Virus record (IMG/VR): IMGVR_UViG_3300025132_000024
Direction: 5' to 3' (one strand)
Length of the DNA stretch: 64,000 nucleotides
Source of the DNA: an uncultured virus (IMG/VR IMGVR_UViG_3300025132_000024)
Lineage: Duplodnaviria; Heunggongvirae; Uroviricota; Caudoviricetes
A model generated the notes under the pieces. The model was given only the letters and a program-made list of their open reading frames with translations, ran no database searches and was not told the origin of the DNA. How positions within the stretch are numbered: position 1 is the first letter of the stretch; each line of letters begins with the position of its first letter. Below are positions 46,521-55,460 of the stretch, in pieces. The position numbers were made by a program, and so were the translations under genes.

Positions 46521-48401
46521 ATGGCAGATACTTCATTAAGAGCTAGATTAGGAAGGCTCTTTTCAACAAACGTTATAGTAAGACGAATTTCAAAAAATCG
46601 TTTAAAAGTAGTGGACTCAAATCGTCTACAATCAGTAGGCACATCTACTAATTCATATATTGATAGATTTGCTAGATTACAAAGAGGACAAAATAGATCA
46701 TATGGCGGTTATAGCCAAACAATGAATTTTCATCAATCTAAATTAGAATTATTTTCTGATTACGAAGCAATGGATATGGATCCAATTATAGCATCGGCAT
46801 TAGACATTTATGCAGATGAATGTACAGTTAAAGATGCAGATGGAGATACTTTAACTATATCAACACAGAACGACGAAATATTAAAAGTGTTAAGAAATTT
46901 ATTCAATGATATTTTAAATATTGATTATAATTTATGGCCATGGATCAGAAACGCATGTAAATATGGAGATTTTTATTTACATTTAGATATAGAAGAAGAA
47001 ATTGGTATAGTAAATGTAACTCCTATGTCGTCATATGAAGTTCGAAGAGAAGAAGGGTATGACGAAAAAAATCCTTATGCATATAGATTTATATTAGAAG
47101 GATCTCATATGTCATATGCCGGCGGCGGTAAGGAAAATAAAGCTGAATTTGATAACTATGAAATAGCTCATTTTAGATTATTATCTGATACAAACTTTTT
47201 ACCGTACGGTAAATCAATGATAGAACCGGCAAGAAAAATATTTAAGCAATTATCTCTCATGGAAGATGCTATGTTAATAAATAGAATAATGAGAGCACCA
47301 GAAAGAAGAATTTTCAAAATTGATGTAGGTAATATACCGCCAGCGGAAGTAGATACTCATATGAGAACTATTATGGATAAAATGAAAAAAATTCCATATA
47401 TAGATGAAAGAACAGGAGAATATAATCTTAAATTTAACATGGAAAATATGTTAGAAGATTATTATTTGCCTGTCAGAGGAGGAGAATCTGGTACTAATAT
47501 AGAATCGTTGCCCGGGTTGCAAAATGATGGTCAAATAGAAGATATAGAATATTTAAGAAATAAACAAATGTCAGCATTAAAAATACCTAAAGCGTTTTTA
47601 GGTTATGATGAGGGCGTAGAGGGTAAAGCAACATTAGCAGCAGAAGATGTCAGATTTGCAAGAACAATTGAACGAATACAAAAAATATTTGTTTCTGAAC
47701 TTACCAAAATTGCTATAGTACATTTATATTCACAAGGATTTAAAAATGAAGAATTAGTAGACTTTTCACTAAAATTAACTAGTCCTAGTATTATATATGA
47801 AAAGCAGAAAGTAGAGATTTTTAATGATAAGATTGGGCTAGCAACTAATATGAAAGAAAGTTTATTATTTTCAGAACAATACATATATGAAAATATCTTT
47901 AATATGAGTTCGAATGAATGGGAAGCAGAGAAAGAGCAAGTTATACAAGATTTAAAAAATGATTTTAGAAAAGAACAACTAAAATCAGAAGGAAATGATC
48001 CTAAGAAAACAAATCAAAGCTTTGGAACGCCGCATGATATAGCATCAATGCATGTTTCAAATAAGAATGGATTATTACCTGGCATGGAGCAAGAGTATGT
48101 AGCAGGACCTGGTCGACCAAAACAGCCAGGAGTATTTAGTTCTCAAAATTCAGTAAATGGCAGAGATCCATTAGGATCTAAAAATTTATCAAGCACATTT
48201 ACACAAGATAAAAATCCTATACAGCACACTTACAGAAAAACTAATCCATTGAGTATGGAAGTAAAAACATTTATTGACGGATTGGACAATAATTCATCAT
48301 TAAAAAGTAAAAATATACTAAAAGAATCATTAGACAAAAATACTAAAAGTAATGATGATGCTGGTACATTATTAGACGAATCTCAATTACTTGAAGATTA
48401 A
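46521..48401 (+). CDS. portal protein (T4 gp20-like)
   Basis: MEDAMLINRIMRAPERRIFKIDVGNIP, MLEDYYLPVRGG, IESLPG, DIEYL..K...ALKIPK; late box at 46495. Confidence 0.93.
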   Translation: MADTSLRARLGRLFSTNVIVRRISKNRLKVVDSNRLQSVGTSTNSYIDRFARLQRGQNRSYGGYSQTMNFHQSKLELFSDYEAMDMDPIIASALDIYADECTVKDADGDTLTISTQNDEILKVLRNLFNDILNIDYNLWPWIRNACKYGDFYLHLDIEEEIGIVNVTPMSSYEVRREEGYDEKNPYAYRFILEGSHMSYAGGGKENKAEFDNYEIAHFRLLSDTNFLPYGKSMIEPARKIFKQLSLMEDAMLINRIMRAPERRIFKIDVGNIPPAEVDTHMRTIMDKMKKIPYIDERTGEYNLKFNMENMLEDYYLPVRGGESGTNIESLPGLQNDGQIEDIEYLRNKQMSALKIPKAFLGYDEGVEGKATLAAEDVRFARTIERIQKIFVSELTKIAIVHLYSQGFKNEELVDFSLKLTSPSIIYEKQKVEIFNDKIGLATNMKESLLFSEQYIYENIFNMSSNEWEAEKEQVIQDLKNDFRKEQLKSEGNDPKKTNQSFGTPHDIASMHVSNKNGLLPGMEQEYVAGPGRPKQPGVFSSQNSVNGRDPLGSKNLSSTFTQDKNPIQHTYRKTNPLSMEVKTFIDGLDNNSSLKSKNILKESLDKNTKSNDDAGTLLDESQLLED

Positions 48402-48463
48402 TGATATGATTTACACAAACATGTATATTTATTTAAAACAAGTGGACTAATAGGACGCATCCC

Positions 48464-49300
48464 ATGAAAGGATTGAAACATTCTAAAGTAAAAAATACCG
48501 GTTTAATATTTGAACTATTGGTAAGACAAGTAGCTAGCGATACAATGTCAAATAAAAAATCGCCAGCATTAAAAATATTGCAACAAAGTTTCTCAAAAAA
48601 TTCTGAATTAAATAAAGAATTAAAATTATATAGATCTTTAAAAGAAGAAAAATTTAATTCTGCAGATAAATCTATGACATTTATTAATGCAGTTATAAAC
48701 GCTAGAAAAGCATTAAATGAATCTCAATTAAAAAGAGAAAAATATAATTTAATTAAGAAACTCAAATCTAATTTTAACGTACAAGAGTTTTTTAAATCAC
48801 GTGTAAATGAATATAAAGTTCATGCATCAGTTTATAAAATGTTTGAGTACGCTGAAGCCGATGATCCAAAAGATTATATAGAAAATAAATTTAATCTTGT
48901 AGAACATGTTCAAAAAAATATTACAAAAGATACTAAAGAAAAATTAGTATCTGAAAACAAAGATATTAGAATATTAGCTTCGAAAATGATAATAGATAAA
49001 TTTAATGAAAAATATTCTAAATTATCAGCACCACAAAAACATATATTAAGAGAATATATTAATAATGTTACTAACTCAGAAAAGCTTAAAAAATATATCC
49101 TTAAAGAAACTTCTAGTTTAAAAAATAATTTATTAAAGTTAAAATCTAAAGTTTCGAGCAAAGTAGTAAGAATAAAAATTAATGAAGTTGCTAAATTATT
49201 AGAAAATCTTAATAAGAAACATAATATAGAAGATAAAGATGTTCTTACAATATTAAGATATCATGAGTTAGTTAATGAATTAAAAAATATAGGTAAATAA
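48464..49300 (+). CDS. hypothetical head-module protein
   Basis: ORF between portal and protease; late box at 48425. Confidence 0.8.
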   Translation: MKGLKHSKVKNTGLIFELLVRQVASDTMSNKKSPALKILQQSFSKNSELNKELKLYRSLKEEKFNSADKSMTFINAVINARKALNESQLKREKYNLIKKLKSNFNVQEFFKSRVNEYKVHASVYKMFEYAEADDPKDYIENKFNLVEHVQKNITKDTKEKLVSENKDIRILASKMIIDKFNEKYSKLSAPQKHILREYINNVTNSEKLKKYILKETSSLKNNLLKLKSKVSSKVVRIKINEVAKLLENLNKKHNIEDKDVLTILRYHELVNELKNIGK

Positions 49301-49602
49301 TGAGTGGACCATACATATTACCTACTTCCGGAAGTACATATAATGTATTTGAAAGATTAGGGCATCCAGGAAAATATACAGGAGTAAGATCTGTTAATAA
49401 TGCAACTGTAGGATTTACAGGATCTAATTACGGATATGGAGCAGTTATGGTAGGAGAAACTTCGGCTACAGGCACTATAACTTTATCAAATGGCGGATCT
49501 ATAAATATAGCACATTTAACTGTAGGCACTATTTATGAATTTTCAGTGAAACAAATTTCTGTAAATGCTAAAACAGTATATGCAATAAAGAGGCAACAAT
49601 AA
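49300..49602 (+). CDS. hypothetical protein
   Basis: ORF track; TAATG coupling on both sides. Confidence 0.75.
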   Translation: MSGPYILPTSGSTYNVFERLGHPGKYTGVRSVNNATVGFTGSNYGYGAVMVGETSATGTITLSNGGSINIAHLTVGTIYEFSVKQISVNAKTVYAIKRQQ

Positions 49603-50243
49603 TGAAATTATTAGATCAACTAGAAAAATATTTTGAAACTAAAGGCGATCAGGACGGAGATAAAGATCAAGATTTTGCAGATGTTATGATAGCTAGAATG
49701 GTAGCATCAGGGATGTCTAAAGATGATGCTATTAAAAAAGTTAAAGATAAAGAATATAATGAATCTATAGAAGAAGGTGAGATAGATGAAATGTCAACCA
49801 CTGCAGGAGTTCCTGGATATCAAACTCCAAATGCATTTCAATCAAAACCTAAATCAGCTAAAGATAAAGAAAAAGAAGATGATACGGTTGACCAAGCTGG
49901 TATGACAAAAGCTAAAAAGACTAATAAATATTTTAGACCTATGGAGTCTAAATCAACTTATAAAAAAATGATGTCTGAAATGTATGGTATTGTTAATGAA
50001 GTATCATATAGAGATTATAAAAAAGATCCTACATCTACTCCTCAACAAAAAGTTAACAGAGGTATAATGGAAGTTAATAGAATGTTAGGAGAAATGGAAA
50101 AAATTGTTGCAAATAACTTAAGATTAAAAACTGAAATGGGAGTAGATTCTTCTCATTTTTGGAAAGCAACAGGTAAAAGATTTTCAAAAATTAACGAGCG
50201 AATGGTTCGTATAGCAAATAGATTAAAAGAATTATCACAATGA
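49602..50243 (+). CDS. hypothetical head-module protein
   Basis: DQDGDKDQDFAD motif; IDE-MSTT and VNE sites. Confidence 0.75.
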   Translation: MKLLDQLEKYFETKGDQDGDKDQDFADVMIARMVASGMSKDDAIKKVKDKEYNESIEEGEIDEMSTTAGVPGYQTPNAFQSKPKSAKDKEKEDDTVDQAGMTKAKKTNKYFRPMESKSTYKKMMSEMYGIVNEVSYRDYKKDPTSTPQQKVNRGIMEVNRMLGEMEKIVANNLRLKTEMGVDSSHFWKATGKRFSKINERMVRIANRLKELSQ

Positions 50244-50398
50244 TTCCAAATAGAACTTGGCAACAATTTTCAAAAGCTCCTGAAAATGCTAATTTATCAT
50301 TAGATGAGCAAAAAAGAAAATATTCAGACGAAAGAAAAAGATTTGAACAACAAAACCAATTTGTAAACTCTGGTTTATTTATGCAAGGATTAAAATGA
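50240..50398 (+). CDS. hypothetical protein (52 aa)
   Basis: Manual translation MIPNRTWQQFSKAPEN...MQGLK*; ATGA overlaps at both ends. Confidence 0.65.
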   Translation: MIPNRTWQQFSKAPENANLSLDEQKRKYSDERKRFEQQNQFVNSGLFMQGLK

Positions 50399-51000
50399 AT
50401 AAGCAATTATTAGTAGATTATACAGTATTTGAAATATCACCTCAACAGATTAATGAATCATTATCTGAAAATAATGGCAAGTTAATTGTAAAGGGAGTAT
50501 TGCAAAGAGCTGAAGCTAAAAATCAAAACGAGAGAATATATCCAAAAGAAGTACTTGTAAGAGAAGCAAAAAAATATGCTAATACATTTATAAAGGAAAG
50601 AAGAGCATTAGGAGAATTAGATCATCCGGATTCATCTGTAGTAAATTTAAATAATGTATCGCATAATGTTTTAGAAATGGAGTTTAAAGGAAATGATCTC
50701 GTAGGTACAGTTGAAGTATTATCTACCCCATCTGGAAATATTTTAAAAGAATTATTTAAATCTGGTATAAGATTAGGCATATCTAGTAGAGGTATGGGAT
50801 CTGTAAAGGAAGTTATGAGAGAGGCAGGAAATACATTAGAAGTTCAGCCAGATTTTGAATTGATAGCATTTGACTTTGTTTCTAATCCGTCAACACATGG
50901 AGCTTTTTTATCTCCAGTTAATGAATCAGTTAACAAAGTAGTACAAAAAAAATATTCTAAAGTAGAAAATTTAATAACAACTATTATAAGGGAGTTTTAA
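50395..51000 (+). CDS. prohead core protease (T4 gp21-like)
   Basis: KNQNERIYP, ALGELDHP, VSH, LSTPSG, LGISSRGMGSV, FDFVSNPSTHGA. Confidence 0.93.
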   Translation: MNKQLLVDYTVFEISPQQINESLSENNGKLIVKGVLQRAEAKNQNERIYPKEVLVREAKKYANTFIKERRALGELDHPDSSVVNLNNVSHNVLEMEFKGNDLVGTVEVLSTPSGNILKELFKSGIRLGISSRGMGSVKEVMREAGNTLEVQPDFELIAFDFVSNPSTHGAFLSPVNESVNKVVQKKYSKVENLITTIIREF

Positions 51001-51001
51001 A

Positions 51002-51295
51002 ATGGCATTAGTAGATATGAAATCAGAATATGGACCTACCAATACAATTAACGAAAAAGGTACCGGGACAATATTGGGACATAATACAGTACCAATGGCA
51101 AATGCACAATTAGGAAATCCTACTATTGGAGGAAAGAAGAATTTGACTACATTCAATGATTTGCAATCTGCATCTCATAATAGTAAGTTTGGGCCATTTA
51201 ATAGTTCAAACAAAAAAGGTACAGGATTAAAAGTTGATTTATTAGGTAATGATCCAGAAAATCCGGAAATAGACTTTACAAATTATAGGCCGTAA
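51002..51295 (+). CDS. hypothetical protein with internal duplication
   Basis: KSEYGPTNTINEKGTG and NSKFGPFNSSNKKGTG; GGAG SD. Confidence 0.7.
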   Translation: MALVDMKSEYGPTNTINEKGTGTILGHNTVPMANAQLGNPTIGGKKNLTTFNDLQSASHNSKFGPFNSSNKKGTGLKVDLLGNDPENPEIDFTNYRP

Positions 51296-51296
51296 G

Positions 51297-51617
51297 ATGA
51301 TTAGATTAGTAGGCATAGCAAAAGGATTGAATCGTAAGATAAACGAAGAACCCGATCAAATGCAAGGTAATAGAGGCGTAGCATACGGAGATACATTACC
51401 AGATACAGAATTAGCTCAAGAATATGCGGCAGATTTATCTAAAGTAATAGAACAGCTAGAAGCATTGGAAGAGGAAATGGCTCGAGAATTTGATAATAGA
51501 GCAATGTCAACACAAGATGTATCATATAATCAACAATCTAATCAAATGAGTAGATATATAAGTCAAGCATCTAAAAATATTGAAAGTCTAATTAATATGT
51601 TAGAAAGGTATAGTTAA
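51297..51617 (+). CDS. hypothetical protein
   Basis: ORF track; MIRL...KINE leader. Confidence 0.7.
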   Translation: MIRLVGIAKGLNRKINEEPDQMQGNRGVAYGDTLPDTELAQEYAADLSKVIEQLEALEEEMAREFDNRAMSTQDVSYNQQSNQMSRYISQASKNIESLINMLERYS

Positions 51618-51618
51618 A

Positions 51619-52125
51619 ATGAAAAGTTGGGAAAAAAAGTTAATGAATCATATCCTAAATGAAAAGTATTTAGGAGAAGAAGAAAATACAAAAATGCAAA
51701 AAGAAGATAAGAGATCTTTTTTAAAGGCAGTTGCTAATTTTCACCAAATAGGCGAAATGATTTCTACTAACGGACAATTGAAAGAAATTACAGAAACTTT
51801 AAATAATATTGTTCAACAAGCGCAATCATTAACTGTACAAGAATCAGAACATTGGTTTGATAATGTAACGGTATCTAGACACATGAAACAAATGAATGAA
51901 GCGTATAAGGTATTTGAGAAAACAGCAAATGAAATGAATTCATTACAACAAAGATTAGAATCTGCATATGACGATATGGGTATGGTATTAAATAGATATT
52001 ATAATGTTAATAATGCTTTATCTGAAACTGATATTAATGAAGACCAATATTCTGCAGGAGTATCAGACAAAGGACCCGCTTTTGATGATCATATGACAGC
52101 AGATAAATCAAAAAGATTATCCTAA
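51619..52125 (+). CDS. hypothetical coiled-coil head-module protein
   Basis: ORF track; ILNE and INE sites. Confidence 0.75.
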   Translation: MKSWEKKLMNHILNEKYLGEEENTKMQKEDKRSFLKAVANFHQIGEMISTNGQLKEITETLNNIVQQAQSLTVQESEHWFDNVTVSRHMKQMNEAYKVFEKTANEMNSLQQRLESAYDDMGMVLNRYYNVNNALSETDINEDQYSAGVSDKGPAFDDHMTADKSKRLS

Positions 52126-52128
52126 AAA

Positions 52129-52160
52129 TTTGTTTTTCTGAAAAAAAGTCTTTATATTTA
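52129..52160 (+). promoter_or_regulatory. Bacteroidetes-type promoter for bS21
   Basis: TTTG (52129)-N20-TATATTTA (52153). Confidence 0.65.
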
Positions 52161-52173
52161 ATAAAACAAAGTT

Positions 52174-52428
52174 ATGATACGACACAATAAAACTACAAAA
52201 CTTATAATACCAGCTCACTATTTAGGAGCCAAGGTTATGAAAACAAAAAGAAATCCATATGGTGATATTACTTCCGCAATACAACATTGGAAAAGAAATC
52301 TAAAAGACTCTAATACATTACAAGTTCTTAAAGATAAAAAAGAATTTGAAAAGCCATCGTCAATCAGACGAAGACAACTAATAAGAGCAAAATATATTAA
52401 TAAATTACAAGAAAGAGATAGATATTAA
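52174..52428 (+). CDS. rpsU: ribosomal protein bS21 homologue
   Basis: DITSAIQHWKRNLKDSNTLQVLKDKKEFEKPSSIRRRQ fits the bS21 pattern I..AL..FKR......L......FEKPS..RR; located in the head module. Confidence 0.75.
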   Translation: MIRHNKTTKLIIPAHYLGAKVMKTKRNPYGDITSAIQHWKRNLKDSNTLQVLKDKKEFEKPSSIRRRQLIRAKYINKLQERDRY

Positions 52429-52449
52429 TAGTCTTTTTTATTTCCTTGT

Positions 52450-52536
52450 ATATTTATTTGTAATAAAGATACCACATCTCAATATGTGGTCACTCAAAAA
52501 TTATATTAATTCTTATTAAGATTACAAATAATCTTA
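52450..52536 (+). promoter_or_regulatory. late box plus two-hairpin leader of the scaffold/capsid operon
   Basis: ATATTTAT at 52450; ACCACAT-CTCAAT-ATGTGGT at 52471-52490; TAAGATTA-CAAA-TAATCTTA at 52517-52536. Confidence 0.6.
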
Positions 52537-52564
52537 TTTCCAATTTAAATACGAGGAAAAATCG

Positions 52565-53617
52565 ATGAACGATTTATTGAAAGAAGCTATTGCAGACGCA
52601 AAAGCCGTAAGGGAAACTGCATTAGCAAACGCAAAAGTTGCGTTAGAAGAAGCTTTCACTCCAAGACTACAATCAATGCTATCTGCTAAATTATCAGAAG
52701 AAGATGAAATGATCGATGACGACATTGAAGATCTTCCAGAAGATAATCATAATCCAGATGCTCCAGATTCAACATCAGCTGCCGGCGATGATCTAATGGC
52801 TGAGCCAAAAGACATGCCAATGGAAGGCGAAATGGATGATAAAGAGCAAATGCCAGAAATGGATGATATGGAAGATAAAGAGCAGATGCCAGAAATGGAT
52901 GATAAAGAGCCAAAAGTGGACGAAGGTGAGTATGAGAAGCAAGAAGAGGACTTAGAACTCGAAGCAATAATTAGAGAACTAGAAGAAGATTTAGGTGAAG
53001 AAGTAGATTCTTCAGAAATCGGAGCTAGTGATAATAAATTAGATGCTGATGCTGCTCAATCTCATACTGAAGATCCAGGAGAAGGCGATTTAACTGAAAC
53101 TGAAGATAAAGAAAAAGAAACAAACGAAGACGAGAAAAAAGATAACGTCGACGAAGATATTTCTTTAGATGAAATCATCAGTGCATTGAGAGAAGACGAA
53201 GAGAAGAAAGACGTGAAAGAAGATGAAGAGAAAAAAGACGACATAAAAGAAGAAGAAGATAAAGAAAAAGATCTTAAAGAAGCTTATAATGTCATTAAAT
53301 TCTTAAAATCTAAAATCAACGAAGTTAATCTTCTAAATGCAAAACTATTATTTTCGAACAAATTGTTTAGAAACTATCCATTAAGTGAAAATCAAAAAAT
53401 GAAAGTGATTGAGAATTTCGATAGAGCTTCTAATTTAAGAGAAGTAAAATTGATTTATAGCACACTTTGTGAATCATTTACTGGATCTAAAACAAAACGT
53501 TCAATCAAAGAAAGCTATGCTTCTAAGCCTAGTAAGTCAACTGCACCTAAGAAAGAAATTCTTTCTGAAGGAAATGCATTAGCTGCTAGATGGAAGAAAT
53601 TAGCTAATTTAAAATAA
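52565..53617 (+). CDS. prohead scaffolding/core protein
   Basis: LLKEAIADAKAVRETALANAK start, very acidic centre, EVNLLNAKLLF and RWKKLANL end; directly upstream of the capsid gene. Confidence 0.8.
   Translation: MNDLLKEAIADAKAVRETALANAKVALEEAFTPRLQSMLSAKLSEEDEMIDDDIEDLPEDNHNPDAPDSTSAAGDDLMAEPKDMPMEGEMDDKEQMPEMDDMEDKEQMPEMDDKEPKVDEGEYEKQEEDLELEAIIRELEEDLGEEVDSSEIGASDNKLDADAAQSHTEDPGEGDLTETEDKEKETNEDEKKDNVDEDISLDEIISALREDEEKKDVKEDEEKKDDIKEEEDKEKDLKEAYNVIKFLKSKINEVNLLNAKLLFSNKLFRNYPLSENQKMKVIENFDRASNLREVKLIYSTLCESFTGSKTKRSIKESYASKPSKSTAPKKEILSEGNALAARWKKLANLK
52829..52911 (+). repeat. tandem EMDD(KEQMP) coding repeat
   Basis: GAAATGGATGAT at 52829, 52856 and 52892. Confidence 0.85.
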
Positions 53618-53632
53618 ATTCGAGGAAAAACA

Positions 53633-55363
53633 ATGAATATTGATTCTTTATTACCTCATGATCATCAAACTACTCAACAAGAAGTTGCCATTGGTTTAGA
53701 AAACAAATGGGAAAAAACAGGCTTGTTAGAGGGTATTGATTCTGAGGTCGAGAGAAGAGGCATGGCTGTTCTTTTAGAAAACCAAGCTAAGCAGTTAGTA
53801 ACTGAAGCTAATTCTACTGGAACTGATTCCAATGCTGAACAATGGTCTGGAGTTGCTCTTCCATTAGTAAGAAGAATTTTTGCTGAGATTGCTGCAAAAG
53901 ATTTCGTTTCTGTACAACCAATGAACTTACCATCAGGTCTAGTATTTTACTTAGACTTTAAGTATGGTACGCAACAAGGTGTTAATAGAGGTAACGGAAC
54001 TGCAGGAGGTAATGATTTCTTAACTGGACAAGGAAGAACATCACAGAAAGATTCTGTATTTGGTCAAACAGATGCAGGTGGATTAGGAACAGGAACTGCT
54101 GCAGGATCAGCTCCAGCTGAAGGTCTTTATGGACCAGGAAGATTTGGTTATTCTATTAATGATGTAACTTCTTCTTTCTCTGCTTTATCATCTGCGGGTG
54201 CTAAAACAGGTTCTGTTGCTGCTGGAACAGGTATATTTGCAAATAAAGGTGCTTTAAGCCAAGTTGATTTTGATAAGTTTACTAACTATAATAGTGAATT
54301 TTCTGCTTCATTTATAGGCAAAAAAGCTCAAGTATTATCTGTACCAGTAACATCATTAAGTGGATATGATCCAAATGGTTTAAGAGCATTTAACGTAATA
54401 GGAACGGGTATAACTACAGTATATCCAGAATTTACTGCAATTGATCTACAAAACAAAGACCATATACATTTCTTAATTGAAACTAACACTACTCCAGCTG
54501 TAGGTGCTTTAGATGTAATTTATCAAAAGCAACCAACAGATACTGCTAGAGGTGATTTTGAAGATCCAGCTGCATTAGCTAATAATGCTGCTTCAAGTAC
54601 GCAACTTGATATTCCAGAAATCAACTTAGAAATGAGAAGTGAAGCAATTGTTGCTAAGACAAGAAAATTAAAAGCTATCTGGTCTCCAGAATTTGCTCAA
54701 GATTTAAATGCTTATCATTCAATTGATGCAGAAGCTGAATTAACTTCTATGTTATCTGAATATATTTCGCAAGAAATTGACTTAGAAATTTTAGATATGT
54801 TAGTACAGAATGCTCAAACTGTTGATAGATGGTCTGCAAAAATTGGATTTGAATTTGATTCAGCTACTAATAGCTTTGTCCAATCAAATGCAACTGCTCA
54901 AGCATACAACCAAGGAACATGGTTCCAAACTTTAGGAACTAAAATTCAAAAAGTAAGCAACAAAATTCACCAATTAACTTTAAGAGGTGGAGCTAACTTC
55001 TTGGTATGTTCTCCAACTGTAGCAACTATCTTAGAATCTATTCCAGGATATGCTGCTGATACGGATGGCGATAAAATGCAATTTGCTATGGGAGTACAAA
55101 AAGTAGGTGCTATTAATAATAGATTCCAAGTATATAAGAATCCTTATATGACTGAGAATACTATATTAATGGGATATAGAGGATCACAGTTCCTAGAAAC
55201 AGGTGCTGTTTATGCTCCATATGTACCACTAATAATGACTCCATTAGTATACGATCCAGATAACTTCACTCCAAGAAAAGGTGTGATGACTAGATATGCT
55301 AAGAAAATGGTAAGACCAGAATTCTACGGTAAAGTCTATGTATCTGCATTAGATACTATATAA
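53633..55363 (+). CDS. major capsid protein (T4 gp23-like)
   Basis: LLENQ, LPLVRR, VSVQPMNLPSGLVFYL, AKTRKLKA.WSPEFAQDL.AYH.IDAEAEL, YAPYVPL, FTPRKGVMTRYA. Confidence 0.96.
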   Translation: MNIDSLLPHDHQTTQQEVAIGLENKWEKTGLLEGIDSEVERRGMAVLLENQAKQLVTEANSTGTDSNAEQWSGVALPLVRRIFAEIAAKDFVSVQPMNLPSGLVFYLDFKYGTQQGVNRGNGTAGGNDFLTGQGRTSQKDSVFGQTDAGGLGTGTAAGSAPAEGLYGPGRFGYSINDVTSSFSALSSAGAKTGSVAAGTGIFANKGALSQVDFDKFTNYNSEFSASFIGKKAQVLSVPVTSLSGYDPNGLRAFNVIGTGITTVYPEFTAIDLQNKDHIHFLIETNTTPAVGALDVIYQKQPTDTARGDFEDPAALANNAASSTQLDIPEINLEMRSEAIVAKTRKLKAIWSPEFAQDLNAYHSIDAEAELTSMLSEYISQEIDLEILDMLVQNAQTVDRWSAKIGFEFDSATNSFVQSNATAQAYNQGTWFQTLGTKIQKVSNKIHQLTLRGGANFLVCSPTVATILESIPGYAADTDGDKMQFAMGVQKVGAINNRFQVYKNPYMTENTILMGYRGSQFLETGAVYAPYVPLIMTPLVYDPDNFTPRKGVMTRYAKKMVRPEFYGKVYVSALDTI

Positions 55364-55390
55364 TAATTAATTTTATTTAGTTATTAAAAT

Positions 55391-55417
55391 AAAGGGAGGC
55401 TTAGGTCTCCCTTTTTT
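55391..55417 (+). terminator. intrinsic terminator after the capsid gene
   Basis: AAAGGGAGGC-TTAG-GTCTCCCTTT followed by a T run. Confidence 0.88.
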
Positions 55418-55460
55418 ACTATATAGTTAGTTCTTAACATATTTATAAGAAAAGGATTCT

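Noticed and set aside
52829..52911. Short direct repeats as a possible CRISPR array
   Set aside because: In-frame coding repeats of the scaffold (EMDD) without unique spacers of CRISPR length.
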